A DNA stretch of 64,000 nt from a bacterium (GTDB taxonomy: Bacteria; Fidelibacterota; Marinisomatia; Marinisomatales; JAHJCW01). Positions 55,017 to 64,000 of this stretch are shown in pieces. The DNA lies in NCBI GenBank assembly GCA_028282845.1, contig JANQGY010000005.1, forward strand, positions 193,010-257,009, given 5' to 3'. The translations under genes and the position numbers were made by a program. The notes below the pieces were generated by a model, which did not search any database, had not been told where the DNA came from, and worked only from the letters and a program-made list of their open reading frames with translations. How positions within the stretch are numbered: the first letter of the stretch is position 1; every line of letters starts with the position of its first letter.

Positions 55017-56075
55017 ATGAACGAATTAGAAATAGCAAAGCAACTTAATGAAAATCAGGAAAACATCATCTTAATTTATGCTTTTAATTCTGTTGGAAAA
55101 ACGCGGTTATCTGTAGCCTATAAGGATTATACAAAGAGTGAAAATGATGGTAATCATGCTGGTGTTTATTATAATGCTTTTAGTGAAGATTTATTTGTGT
55201 GGGAAAATGATGAGGACCATGACAATGCAAACATCACTTTTAAAGTAAATTATAGTAATCTAAGCCAGTTTCATTCACTATTAGATGAAAAAAGTATTGA
55301 AGAAAAACTGGCACTATACAATACTAAATATAAGTTTGAATTCACCCTAGACAAAAATCCCGAAAGAGGAATTGAATCGATAACTTTTTTTAAGGATGAA
55401 AACAAAAATAATCCCATAAAAATATCTAGAGGTGAAGAACGAATATTTGTATGGTGTTTTTTTCTTGCATTGTTTGAGGTTGAAACATGGACTGAGGCAC
55501 ACGGTGCACATTTTTTTATTGATGATCCTGTTTCTAGTTTAGACGAACATAATATTTTCCTCACAGCAGAATCAATATTTGGATTGATAGAGGAAAACTA
55601 TCTTAAAAAGAGAATAATTATTACCACTCACCATATCGGTTTATTTTCAATTTTATTCGACAAATTGAAAAAGGGCGAAAAAAGTGGTCGGTATGACAAA
55701 CTTACTAAACCATTTATATTAGGAAAAGATGATGAAAAAATGGTTCTTAATAATGTCAATAACGATGTTTTTCTATTCCACTTACATTTAATAAAAACCT
55801 TAGATACGGCTATTAAAAATGAACTTTACGCTTACCATTTTGTTTTGTTAAGACAATTAGTAGAAAATATATCTTCTTTTTTAGGAGTAGGTAGAATGAA
55901 TTACACACTTGAACAAATAGGAATTGAGAAAGCTGAAGAAGTAGCGAGTGTAATAAATTCACTATCCCACAAAAATGTTTATCGTTTGCAGTTTAACAAA
56001 ATGGCTGAAGCTGAAGAAGAAGTTTTTAGGGATGTCTTTCAAAAAGTGCAAGCAAAATATAATTTCAAATTTTAG
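55017..56075 (+). CDS. PrrC-like anticodon nuclease candidate (ABC/AAA_13-type NTPase + C-terminal R-x3-E...H domain) embedded in the R-M operon
   Basis: P-loop FNSVGKT (aa 23-29), signature-like SRGEE (137-141), Walker B/D-loop FFIDDPVSSLD (166-176), ITTHH (202-206), then R279-x3-E283 and H318. Lies between hsdS and hsdM with 5- and 8-nt gaps. Confidence 0.55.
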   Translation: MNELEIAKQLNENQENIILIYAFNSVGKTRLSVAYKDYTKSENDGNHAGVYYNAFSEDLFVWENDEDHDNANITFKVNYSNLSQFHSLLDEKSIEEKLALYNTKYKFEFTLDKNPERGIESITFFKDENKNNPIKISRGEERIFVWCFFLALFEVETWTEAHGAHFFIDDPVSSLDEHNIFLTAESIFGLIEENYLKKRIIITTHHIGLFSILFDKLKKGEKSGRYDKLTKPFILGKDDEKMVLNNVNNDVFLFHLHLIKTLDTAIKNELYAYHFVLLRQLVENISSFLGVGRMNYTLEQIGIEKAEEVASVINSLSHKNVYRLQFNKMAEAEEEVFRDVFQKVQAKYNFKF

Positions 56076-56083
56076 GATTCACT

Positions 56084-57715
56084 ATGACGAAAAATGAGCA
56101 GCAACAATTGGGTAAAACTCTTTGGGATATAGCAGATAATCTTCGTGGAGCAATGAATGCGGATGATTTCCGTGATTATATGCTCTCATTCCTATTTCTC
56201 CGATACTTATCTACTAATTATGAAGAATCCGCAAAAAAAGAATTGGGAAGAGATTACCCAAATGACAAGCCACAGGATGTGATATCTAGATCGAAGGGGA
56301 AAACACCATTAGAAATATGGTACTTGGAAAATCCGAATGATGTTGTTGACTTTGAAAAGCAAATGCGCAGAAAGGTGCATTATGTAGTTAAACCTGATTT
56401 ATTATGGAGAAATATCAGTGAAATGGCGCGTACTCAAAATAGAGAGTTATTAGTTACCTTAGATAATGCATTTCGCTTCATTGAGAACGAATCGTTTGAA
56501 AGTACATTTCATGGATTATTTTCAGAAATCAACCTCAATTCCGAAAAACTTGGCAAAACGTCTGCTGAGCGAAACAAAAAACTCTGTACTATTATTCAAA
56601 AAATTGCTGAGGGGATTGCCGATTTCTCTACGGATTCGGATACTCTAGGTGATGCTTATGAATATTTATTAGGTCAATTTGCAGCTGGTTCCGGCAAAAA
56701 AGCAGGTGAATTTTATACCCCTCAACAAATTTCGACTATCCTTTCAGAAATTGTAACATTAGATAGTCAAGATCCTACTACGGGAAAAAAAAGGAAGTTA
56801 GACAAAGTCCTTGACTTTGCCTGTGGATCGGGCTCACTGTTATTAAATGTTAGAAGAAGAATAAATGAAAGTGGTGGAAGTATTGGTAAGCTTTTCGGAC
56901 AAGAAAATAATATCACAACATATAACCTTGCTCGGATGAACATGATATTGCATGGATTGAAAGATACAGAGTTTGAAATATTTCACGGGGATACTTTAAT
57001 TAATCAATGGGATTTGCTAAATGAAATGAACCCAGCAAAAAAAATGGAATTTGATGCTATAGTTGCTAATCCACCTTTTAGTTTACGTTGGGAACCAGAC
57101 GACACTTTAGGTGAAGATTTTCGTTTTAAAAGCTATGGATTAGCTCCCAAATCAGCTGCTGATTTAGCATTTTTGTTGCATGGTTTTCATTTTCTTGGAA
57201 ATGAAGGAACAATGGCCATAATAGTACCGCACGGAGTTTTATTCCGCGGTGGTGCTGAAGAAAGAATTCGTACAAAACTTTTGAAAGATAACAACATAGA
57301 TACAATTATAGGTTTGCCATCTAAATTGTTCTATTCAACTAGTATTCCTGTTTGCATTCTTGTACTAAAGAAGTGCAAAAAGGAAGATGATGTACTATTT
57401 ATTAATGCTAGTAAGGATTTTAAACCGGAGAAAAGACAAAATATTCTTACTAAAGATATTATAAAGAGGATCGTTCAAACATATCAAAAACGTCCCATGG
57501 AAATGGAACGTTATGCACGTAGAGTTTCAATAAAGGAAATTGAGAAGAATAATTTCAATTTAAATATTTCGAGATATGTGAGCACTGATGAAGAAGAATC
57601 TAAAATTGATTTATCAGAGGTTAATGATAGATTATCCTCAATTAATGAAAGCATTGATAAAAATACTAGGGAACACAATAAGTATCTAGATGAATTGGGA
57701 TTAAAAACAATCTAA
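56084..57715 (+). CDS. hsdM: type I restriction-modification methyltransferase subunit
   Basis: HsdM N-terminal domain (LWDIADNLRG), motif I DFACGSGSLL, motif IV IVANPPFS. Confidence 0.9.
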   Translation: MTKNEQQQLGKTLWDIADNLRGAMNADDFRDYMLSFLFLRYLSTNYEESAKKELGRDYPNDKPQDVISRSKGKTPLEIWYLENPNDVVDFEKQMRRKVHYVVKPDLLWRNISEMARTQNRELLVTLDNAFRFIENESFESTFHGLFSEINLNSEKLGKTSAERNKKLCTIIQKIAEGIADFSTDSDTLGDAYEYLLGQFAAGSGKKAGEFYTPQQISTILSEIVTLDSQDPTTGKKRKLDKVLDFACGSGSLLLNVRRRINESGGSIGKLFGQENNITTYNLARMNMILHGLKDTEFEIFHGDTLINQWDLLNEMNPAKKMEFDAIVANPPFSLRWEPDDTLGEDFRFKSYGLAPKSAADLAFLLHGFHFLGNEGTMAIIVPHGVLFRGGAEERIRTKLLKDNNIDTIIGLPSKLFYSTSIPVCILVLKKCKKEDDVLFINASKDFKPEKRQNILTKDIIKRIVQTYQKRPMEMERYARRVSIKEIEKNNFNLNISRYVSTDEEESKIDLSEVNDRLSSINESIDKNTREHNKYLDELGLKTI

Positions 57716-57817
57716 TTATTCGTATCATATTAATGATATGAAAACAATTTCATTATTAGATATACGATTTTTAATAACTTCACGATAAGACCTAAACAGC
57801 TGTATAAGGAGAACACA

Positions 57818-60370
57818 ATGAAATTCAAATCATCAGATTTTACCAAGTTCCTACCTTTTTTACTTTTACTGCCACTATTGTATTTAAATGCCGATGATCT
57901 GCGATGGGTGCGCCTTGGCGGACCGCCCGGCGGCACCGGCTATGACATTCGCTATAATTTTGCCAATTCCGATATATGGTATGTTACCGACGCTCAAGGC
58001 GGTGTGCATATCAGCTATGATGACGGTGTAACTTGGCAGGCGAGTAACACCGGCATTCCGGGGCAGTCCGGTCCCACCGGCGATGCCATTGGTGTCTTCT
58101 GCCTGACGGTTGACCCCCATGATCCGCAAATAGTTTGGGCGGGCACAATTGATACCGGTCATCTTTTCCGCTCTACCGACGGGGGCGCAACTTGGGAAGA
58201 GCGTGATAATGGTATCTCTATTAAATATGACATGATGTCTTTCCGCGGTATTACCGTTGATCCCACTTCATCGGATATCGTCTATGCCATGGCGGAAACC
58301 ACTTCTGAATCAGCCACCGAACAGGGGCAGGGCACTTGGAAAAGTGGTACCGGTGGTATTGTTTACAAAACCACCGATGCCGGCGCGAATTGGTCTATTA
58401 TTTGGGAAGGCGCTATGCCTTCAAGCCTGGCGCGCTATTTATGGATTGATCCCCGCGATACCGATGTCCTGTATGTTTCGACCGGAATTTTTGATCGTGG
58501 CGCCGTAGGCGATAACGACTCCGTTGACGATCCCTTCGGCGGTTTGGGTATTCTTAAAACTACCGATGGCGGGCAAACCTGGGAGATATTGGATCAGGAC
58601 AACGGGTTACGACATTTATATATCGGCAGCCTGTTCATGCATCCCGATAATCCCGATATCTTGCTTGCCGCCGCCGGACATTTACATGAACCCGATACTT
58701 TGCCTTACCTGCAGGCATTGGAGAATGATGGCACTCCCGGTCCGATGGGTATCTATCGTACGACTGATGGCGGACAAACCTGGACGCAAACTTTGGAATC
58801 TTTTGAGGTTTTTTGTTCGGTTGAAATGTGTCCGTCTGATCCCAATATCGTCTATGCCAGTAGCGATAATTCCATGTATCGCAGCGCAGATGCCGGAATA
58901 ACCTGGACGTTAATTGCCAGTCCTTGGGGACCACCGAGCGTTGCCGTCGGATTCCCGATTGATATGCAATGCGATCCCGAAGATGTTAATCGCGTATTTG
59001 TCAATAATTATGCCGGAGGGAATTTTTTGTCCGAAGATGGCGGAAAGACTTGGATCAATGCTAGCCAAGGCTACACCGGTGCCCAAATATTTGGTCTTTC
59101 CATTGCTCCATCCGAGCCGAGTAAGGTTTATGTTGCCGATTTTGGCGGACTGTGGCGCAGTGATAACGGTGGTGTAACTTGGAATGGTTTGCATAATCCT
59201 CCCGAAGGTTTAAATAGTTTACCCAGCCAGGGAATTGCTGTTGACCCAACCAATAGTGATCATGTATTGGCCGCTAAATTAGAGATTGTTGAAACTACTG
59301 ATGGCGGTGCTAACTGGCACATACGTTGGTCAATGCAGAATTTGATTGACCAGGGCGCCTCGCAAGATCTCATAAAGCCGGGAGCTCCTGTCATCGTTTT
59401 TGCCCCTTCCGACGTGAGCACCGTTTACATTGGTTATGGGCACGAAAACTGTCTGCTCTATCATGAGAATGAGTGTACATCCACCCCCTTGGGAATATTA
59501 ATTTCCAAAGATGGCGGTACAACTTGGAACTTATCTGAGGATAATCAGATCAGCCAACTTAACATTTTTGGTATCGCAGTAGATTACAACGATGCTAGTC
59601 ATGTTTATGCTGCGACTGAAGCCGGATTATACGAGTCAGCGGATAGCGGTGAGAATTGGACGATCATTTCCGGAACTTTGGAGAGCAGGCAAATTCACGC
59701 CGTAGCAATCAATCCTTCTGATCCGCAAGAGATCTTTGTTAGTGTTCATCGTGACGGGATCTACCGCAGCAGCGATGGTGGTGCATCCTGGCAGCATCGC
59801 ATTGCCGGACTTGAAGCCAATAGTTCTATACACAATATTGTTTTTGATCCAACCAATCCCGATAATCTTTTTGCAAGTGATCTGTACAGTGGTGTTTACA
59901 GGTCCACCGATGGCGGCGATATATGGATCAAGATCAATGAGGGCTTGCAATCGCGGGCGGCTCGAAGCCTGGCAATTTCTGCCGATGGACAGCATCTTTA
60001 TTTAGGCACCAATGAAGATGGTGTCCAACGCCTGGATGTGAGTGGCAATCCCCTTCGGATTGATTCTGATAATGCAAACAATCCCAAACTACGTGATTTC
60101 GCGCTTGGTCAAAATTTCCCTAATCCGTTCAACCCTTCCACAAGTATTACCTTTGAATTATTAAAAGATGCCGATATAACAATATCAATTTATGATGTGC
60201 GCGGACGGTTAGTTAGGACTTTATTAAATCAATCAATGACCAAAGGAAGTACTACAATTAGTTGGGATGGAAAAGACAATGCCGGGAATTCCGTTAAGGG
60301 GGGCGTTTATTTCTATATTCTACAAACGGATGGTTTTTATCAGGCTAAAAAGATGATCTTGTTGAAGTAA
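57818..60370 (+). CDS. secreted Asp-box (BNR) repeat double-propeller protein (GH74/sortilin-Vps10-like) with T9SS C-terminal domain
   Basis: About 13 S/T-x-D-G-G-x-T/S-W boxes (STDGGATWE, TTDGGQTWE, SKDGGTTWN and others). C-terminus NFPNPFNPSTSITFEL...IYDVRGRLV...WDGKDNAG. Confidence 0.7.
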   Translation: MKFKSSDFTKFLPFLLLLPLLYLNADDLRWVRLGGPPGGTGYDIRYNFANSDIWYVTDAQGGVHISYDDGVTWQASNTGIPGQSGPTGDAIGVFCLTVDPHDPQIVWAGTIDTGHLFRSTDGGATWEERDNGISIKYDMMSFRGITVDPTSSDIVYAMAETTSESATEQGQGTWKSGTGGIVYKTTDAGANWSIIWEGAMPSSLARYLWIDPRDTDVLYVSTGIFDRGAVGDNDSVDDPFGGLGILKTTDGGQTWEILDQDNGLRHLYIGSLFMHPDNPDILLAAAGHLHEPDTLPYLQALENDGTPGPMGIYRTTDGGQTWTQTLESFEVFCSVEMCPSDPNIVYASSDNSMYRSADAGITWTLIASPWGPPSVAVGFPIDMQCDPEDVNRVFVNNYAGGNFLSEDGGKTWINASQGYTGAQIFGLSIAPSEPSKVYVADFGGLWRSDNGGVTWNGLHNPPEGLNSLPSQGIAVDPTNSDHVLAAKLEIVETTDGGANWHIRWSMQNLIDQGASQDLIKPGAPVIVFAPSDVSTVYIGYGHENCLLYHENECTSTPLGILISKDGGTTWNLSEDNQISQLNIFGIAVDYNDASHVYAATEAGLYESADSGENWTIISGTLESRQIHAVAINPSDPQEIFVSVHRDGIYRSSDGGASWQHRIAGLEANSSIHNIVFDPTNPDNLFASDLYSGVYRSTDGGDIWIKINEGLQSRAARSLAISADGQHLYLGTNEDGVQRLDVSGNPLRIDSDNANNPKLRDFALGQNFPNPFNPSTSITFELLKDADITISIYDVRGRLVRTLLNQSMTKGSTTISWDGKDNAGNSVKGGVYFYILQTDGFYQAKKMILLK

Positions 60371-60379
60371 TATCGAAAA

Positions 60380-62062
60380 TTGAAACCGTCATTTTTTTTA
60401 ATTATTGTTGTTTCAATACTGTCACTTGCTTTTGCGAGTGATACTGGTAAGATTTCCGGTAGAGTGGTTGATGACAATGGTCCCGTTCCGGGAGCCATGG
60501 TACGAATTCAAGCTACGGAAACTCATACTTTCACCGATGAAGATGGCTATTTCGTTTTACCTAAATCCAACGAAAATGATTTACCGATATTTGTAACTGC
60601 TTGGGCATCCGGTTATTACATCAACGGTACCGAAGCCATCGCGGGAGAAAATATCGAAATCCGTCTCAAAAAACATTCTGATGTTGACAATCCGAATTAT
60701 ACTTGGCTGCCATCCACCTTGCAATCAGGACAAAACGAAGACCAAGCTTGCGCCAAATGTCATAGTAATGTCAAAACGAACATCCAATTCCCACTTCCGG
60801 TTGACGAATGGCTTGAGGATGCCCATTCCCAATCGGCCAAAAATCCACGCTTCTTAACGATGTATAATGGTATTGACATGGATGGCAATAAAAGTCCGCT
60901 TACAAGATATGGATATAATAGTGAATATGGTTCATTCCCTTTGCGCCCCGATAGTGATCAACCATATTATGGTCCCGGATACAAATTGGATTTCCCTGAA
61001 ACTGACGGTAATTGCGCCGCTTGTCACGCTCCTCTATCTGCAGTGAACGATCCTTATGGAGTTGATCCTACTGCTGTTGTTGGCGTCCACAAGGAAGGTA
61101 TATCCTGCGATTTCTGTCACAAAATTTGGGACGTACGTCTCGATCCTGCTTCAGGTCTGCCTTATGACAATATGCCGGGCGTGCTGTCTTATGTATTTCG
61201 GCGTCCTCCTGATGGACATCAATTTTTCGCCGGTCCCCTTGATGACGTAGCCACCGGTGAAGATACCTTCTCCCCTCTCCAAACTGAAAGCGCAATTTGT
61301 GCGCCCTGCCATTACAGCAAATTTTGGGACACGCCCATCTACAATTCCTTTGGCGAGTGGTTGGAGAGTCCTTATAGCGATCCCGAGACTGAACAAACCT
61401 GTCAGGACTGCCACATGCCACGCCTTGGTATAACTCAATTTGCCACAACAGAAGCAGGGGGAATTAAGCGTGATCCTGCCACGATTTTCAGCCATAAAAT
61501 GCCTGGAGCAGAGGACAAAAATCTCCTGCAAAACGCAGTAACTATGAATGTTGAATCCCGCCGTGATGCTGATAAGATATTTGTCGAAGTGGAGATCATT
61601 AATGATAAAACAGGACACCACGTTCCCACCGATTCACCACTGCGGCATCTGATTTTGCTCGTTCGAGTCTCAGATGAAAACGGCAAAAAATTGCAGCAAA
61701 TCGAAGGTCCTGTTGTGCCGGATTGGGGTGGTATTGGCAATCCCGATGATGGCTATTATGCCGGTCTTGCCGGAAAGGGCTTTGCCAAAATTCTAATGGA
61801 ACTATGGACCGAAGTCTCCCCCACCGCTGCGTACTGGAATCCTACACGCATTGTAAGTGATAATCGCATCCCGGCGATGGGAAGTGATAAATCATCTTAT
61901 GTCTTCCAAATATCAGAATCTTCCAAGGCTTTTGAGATCTCTGTTCGATTGCTCTTCCGTCGTGCTTTCCTCGAGTTGATGGATCAAAAAGGCTGGAATA
62001 ACGCAGATATTTTGATGGAAGAAGAGAGATTCATATTACCTTCATGCAATAGAAATTGGTAA
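60380..62062 (+). CDS. pentaheme c-type cytochrome with N-terminal CarboxypepD_reg-like domain
   Basis: TTG start and signal peptide. Five CxxCH motifs: CAKCH, CAACH, CDFCH, CAPCH, CQDCH. N-terminus GRVVDDNGPVPGAMVRIQAT...DGYFVL. Confidence 0.7.
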   Translation: MKPSFFLIIVVSILSLAFASDTGKISGRVVDDNGPVPGAMVRIQATETHTFTDEDGYFVLPKSNENDLPIFVTAWASGYYINGTEAIAGENIEIRLKKHSDVDNPNYTWLPSTLQSGQNEDQACAKCHSNVKTNIQFPLPVDEWLEDAHSQSAKNPRFLTMYNGIDMDGNKSPLTRYGYNSEYGSFPLRPDSDQPYYGPGYKLDFPETDGNCAACHAPLSAVNDPYGVDPTAVVGVHKEGISCDFCHKIWDVRLDPASGLPYDNMPGVLSYVFRRPPDGHQFFAGPLDDVATGEDTFSPLQTESAICAPCHYSKFWDTPIYNSFGEWLESPYSDPETEQTCQDCHMPRLGITQFATTEAGGIKRDPATIFSHKMPGAEDKNLLQNAVTMNVESRRDADKIFVEVEIINDKTGHHVPTDSPLRHLILLVRVSDENGKKLQQIEGPVVPDWGGIGNPDDGYYAGLAGKGFAKILMELWTEVSPTAAYWNPTRIVSDNRIPAMGSDKSSYVFQISESSKAFEISVRLLFRRAFLELMDQKGWNNADILMEEERFILPSCNRNW

Positions 62063-62126
62063 TTACAGATTGAATATTGACGACTGGCAGTTTTTGGATT
62101 GCCATACCCTGTAGAATTCAAACAGT

Positions 62127-63272
62127 TTATTTTAACAAGACCATTTTATTTGTTTGAATGAAGTCCCCGGCTTGAATTGTATATAGATAAATACCACCGC
62201 TCACAGATTCTCCGAACTCATCTTTTGCATCCCAAGACACATTATGCAGCCCACTGACTTTGTATTCATTCACCAATGTTTTGATTTGATTGCCGAGCAA
62301 ATCAAATACTTTTATTGTAACCATTGACTCATTTGGAATGCTGTATTGAATATTGGTGTTTGGATTAAAAGGATTAGGATAATTTTGACTTAATTGAAAT
62401 TCAACCTTTGGTTCTTGACCGTCCGAAATATCCAATTGGGAAATACTGTGTATTTCTCTTTCATAAAATAATTGAGCGAGCGTAGTGCGTCGGTACCCGT
62501 TGCTGAACTCCTCATTCATATTCAACAAAATAAAATTTTCTAAACCGTGATATAGAAAAACATAGATGTTTCCGTTAGTTAAATCATATATATTTGAATA
62601 TATTGCGTTTGATTTATGTACGGCATTCAGAATATCAACAAAATATCTGACAGAAATATCAGGATTGTCAATTAACATTTGTGTCGCGGCATCAAATCTA
62701 TAGCAGGGATATGTTCCCCAGCTTGGATCAGTAAAATTAAAATTAGTGGCAACTTGATAATTTGCTGTATTGCGTATAATGACTAATTCACCGTTACCCC
62801 ACTCCACTACCGCCGATGCACCTGATTTATCGGCAATTAATATATGCCCCCAGGAATATACTATAGAGTTATACTGATTTAGCAAATCTATTGCTTCTTC
62901 CACATTAGAACAGGATTCAAGCATTTCAACAAATAATGAATGGCCCGATTGATATGTGTAAGTGTATTTATCCGTTGGGAATTGGTTTATTATTGCAGGA
63001 CGATTCTCATAAGCGGCAACATCAAAAAATAATCCTTCACTATTAACACCACCGAAAGGAATATAAGGTGAATCATAAAATCCAAAATAAATAGTCCCGT
63101 ATTTGTTAGCGGTTGGAGGATTAATTTCTATTTTTGCCGGATAATTATAATAATCCTCTTCATTGCCAACCAACACTAAATTATCGCTTGCGGCACAAAA
63201 TATTGTGCAAGAGAATGCTATGCTGAACAGCATATAAAAAATTAAAATAATTTGTAGTAACGTTTTCATCAA
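62127..63272 (-). CDS. secreted Ntn-hydrolase (C45/C59-like, N-terminal Cys) with T9SS C-terminal domain
   Basis: The signal peptide ends ...AFSC-TIF, a candidate nucleophile Cys. C-terminus NYPNPFNPNTNIQYSI...VFDLLGNQI...WDAKDEFG. Confidence 0.5.
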   Translation of the reverse strand: MMKTLLQIILIFYMLFSIAFSCTIFCAASDNLVLVGNEEDYYNYPAKIEINPPTANKYGTIYFGFYDSPYIPFGGVNSEGLFFDVAAYENRPAIINQFPTDKYTYTYQSGHSLFVEMLESCSNVEEAIDLLNQYNSIVYSWGHILIADKSGASAVVEWGNGELVIIRNTANYQVATNFNFTDPSWGTYPCYRFDAATQMLIDNPDISVRYFVDILNAVHKSNAIYSNIYDLTNGNIYVFLYHGLENFILLNMNEEFSNGYRRTTLAQLFYEREIHSISQLDISDGQEPKVEFQLSQNYPNPFNPNTNIQYSIPNESMVTIKVFDLLGNQIKTLVNEYKVSGLHNVSWDAKDEFGESVSGGIYLYTIQAGDFIQTNKMVLLK

Positions 63273-63450
63273 CAGGTCTTGCGAATTGATAAAATTACGG
63301 ATGTATATCTAAGGTCGGAAATATTTTGTGGATGCGCTTTCTGTGGGTTAAATAGACTGAAAATTTCCATTATTTTAAAATATTATTTCATATACGTAGT
63401 TTATTAGTAAATTTTAGTATATTTTTGAATTATAAAATTAATTTAATGCT

Positions 63451-64000
63451 ATGAATAGGTCTTTAAAGATTGTTGATAATGTAGTCAACTATATTAACAA
63501 GTTCAGTCAAGAATGCGGGAAAGAACCATCTAACCTAACAGAATTTATGCTATGGTTAAATCATAAAATTTTTGACGATTACGATTTCCATAAAGATAGA
63601 ACAGAGAAAGAAATAAATTTAGAGTTAACGCATCTGCTAACATATCAAAACAAATATTTTAAGCGTTATGTTAAAAAGGTTTTATTGCACTCAAGTATTA
63701 GCACGGCAGATGAATACAGTTTCCTGCTTCATCTAAAATTTTCAGATAGTTTAAGAAAAATGGAACTGATCGGATTTCATATGTTGGAGGCGCCAACTGG
63801 AATTGAGATTATTAATAGGTTGCTGAAGAAAGGATTATTAGAAGAGTTTGACGATCAAGATGACAAAAGGTCTAAACGGGTAAGGTTAACTAAAACAGGT
63901 AAAGAGGAAATTGAGAAGCTGGAACCTGCAATGCACGAAGTTTATTCAAAGATGTCTGCTAATATGGATCTAAAGGAAAAAGCACATATTATATATTTTT
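63451..64000 (+). CDS. MarR-family winged-helix regulator (3' end beyond window)
   Basis: ATG at 63451 and open to the window end. EYSFLLHL...LRKMELIGFHMLEAPTGIEIINRLLKKGLLEEFDDQDDKRSKRVRLTKTGKEE fits the MarR wHTH plus wing. Missing from the ORF track because there is no stop. Confidence 0.6.
   Translation, partial: MNRSLKIVDNVVNYINKFSQECGKEPSNLTEFMLWLNHKIFDDYDFHKDRTEKEINLELTHLLTYQNKYFKRYVKKVLLHSSISTADEYSFLLHLKFSDSLRKMELIGFHMLEAPTGIEIINRLLKKGLLEEFDDQDDKRSKRVRLTKTGKEEIEKLEPAMHEVYSKMSANMDLKEKAHIIYF

Noticed and set aside
57730-57936. 68-aa minus-strand ORF between hsdM and the Asp-box gene
   Set aside because: It overlaps the signal-peptide region of the 57818 gene in antisense. It has no motifs and an Arg/Pro-rich antisense-type composition.
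57884-61740. Numerous 60-160-aa ORFs on both strands inside the Asp-box and cytochrome genes
   Set aside because: These are typical stop-poor alternative frames of a GC-richer segment. All are nested in long ORFs that have clear domain repeats or CxxCH motifs.
1-64000. Search for CRISPR arrays, rRNA genes, integrases, transposases, reverse transcriptases or toxin-antitoxin pairs
   Set aside because: No regularly spaced direct repeats and no ORF with recombinase/transposase/RT motifs were seen. The putative islands therefore lack recognisable mobility genes within this window.

Overview
AT-rich 64-kb chromosomal window, probably from an FCB-superphylum bacterium (Ignavibacteria/Bacteroidota-like). 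The basis is three TonB-dependent receptors with CarboxypepD_reg N-termini and four secreted proteins with T9SS/FlgD-Ig-type C-terminal sorting domains.

Gene content, left to right:
- 1-4.8 kb: minus-strand amino-acid fermentation operon (aminotransferase, 4-subunit 2-oxoacid:ferredoxin oxidoreductase, butyrate kinase, phosphate butyryltransferase).
- 4.9-8.8 kb: nucleotide/nucleoside salvage genes (coaE, adk, nupC, tdk, cdd).
- 8.8-19 kb: envelope and secreted proteins (rhomboid, M23 peptidase, PDZ protein, a 1328-aa protein with five lamin-tail modules).
- 19-23.6 kb: arsC, a degenerate methyltransferase homolog, yqeY-cvpA-dnaG, and a deoxynucleoside kinase.
- 23.7-32.2 kb: a TonB-dependent receptor, then an SOS mutagenesis cassette lexA-[GxxExxY insert]-imuB-dnaE2.
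- 32.3-41.4 kb: housekeeping genes (gpmI, fetAB, lgt and others).
- 41.4-57.7 kb: an accessory stretch in which one intact tRNA-Val and four decayed tRNA-Val-derived sequences punctuate cargo blocks. The blocks are a His-rich lipoprotein/TBDR metal module, a second TBDR, a short C69-like peptidase plus BASS transporter, and an AT-rich type I R-M operon.
- 57.8-64 kb: a GC-richer block with an Asp-box propeller protein, a pentaheme cytochrome, an Ntn-hydrolase and a MarR regulator.

Best candidates for follow-up:
1. The type I R-M operon with an embedded compact PrrC-like anticodon-nuclease gene (order hsdR-hsdS-X-hsdM).
2. The tRNA-Val remnant series, including a 9-bp-stem GC-rich tRNA-like element directly upstream of the real tRNA.
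3. Two inverted-repeat-bracketed GxxExxY (PD-(D/E)XK-like) gene cassettes, one sitting where imuA normally lies.
4. A candidate LexA operator, TCGTAA-N5-TTACGA.

No CRISPR array, rRNA, integrase or transposase was seen. All calls come from reading the sequence and the ORF track by eye. Small-motif coordinates may be off by 1-2 nt, and family assignments are motif- and memory-based, not database-verified.
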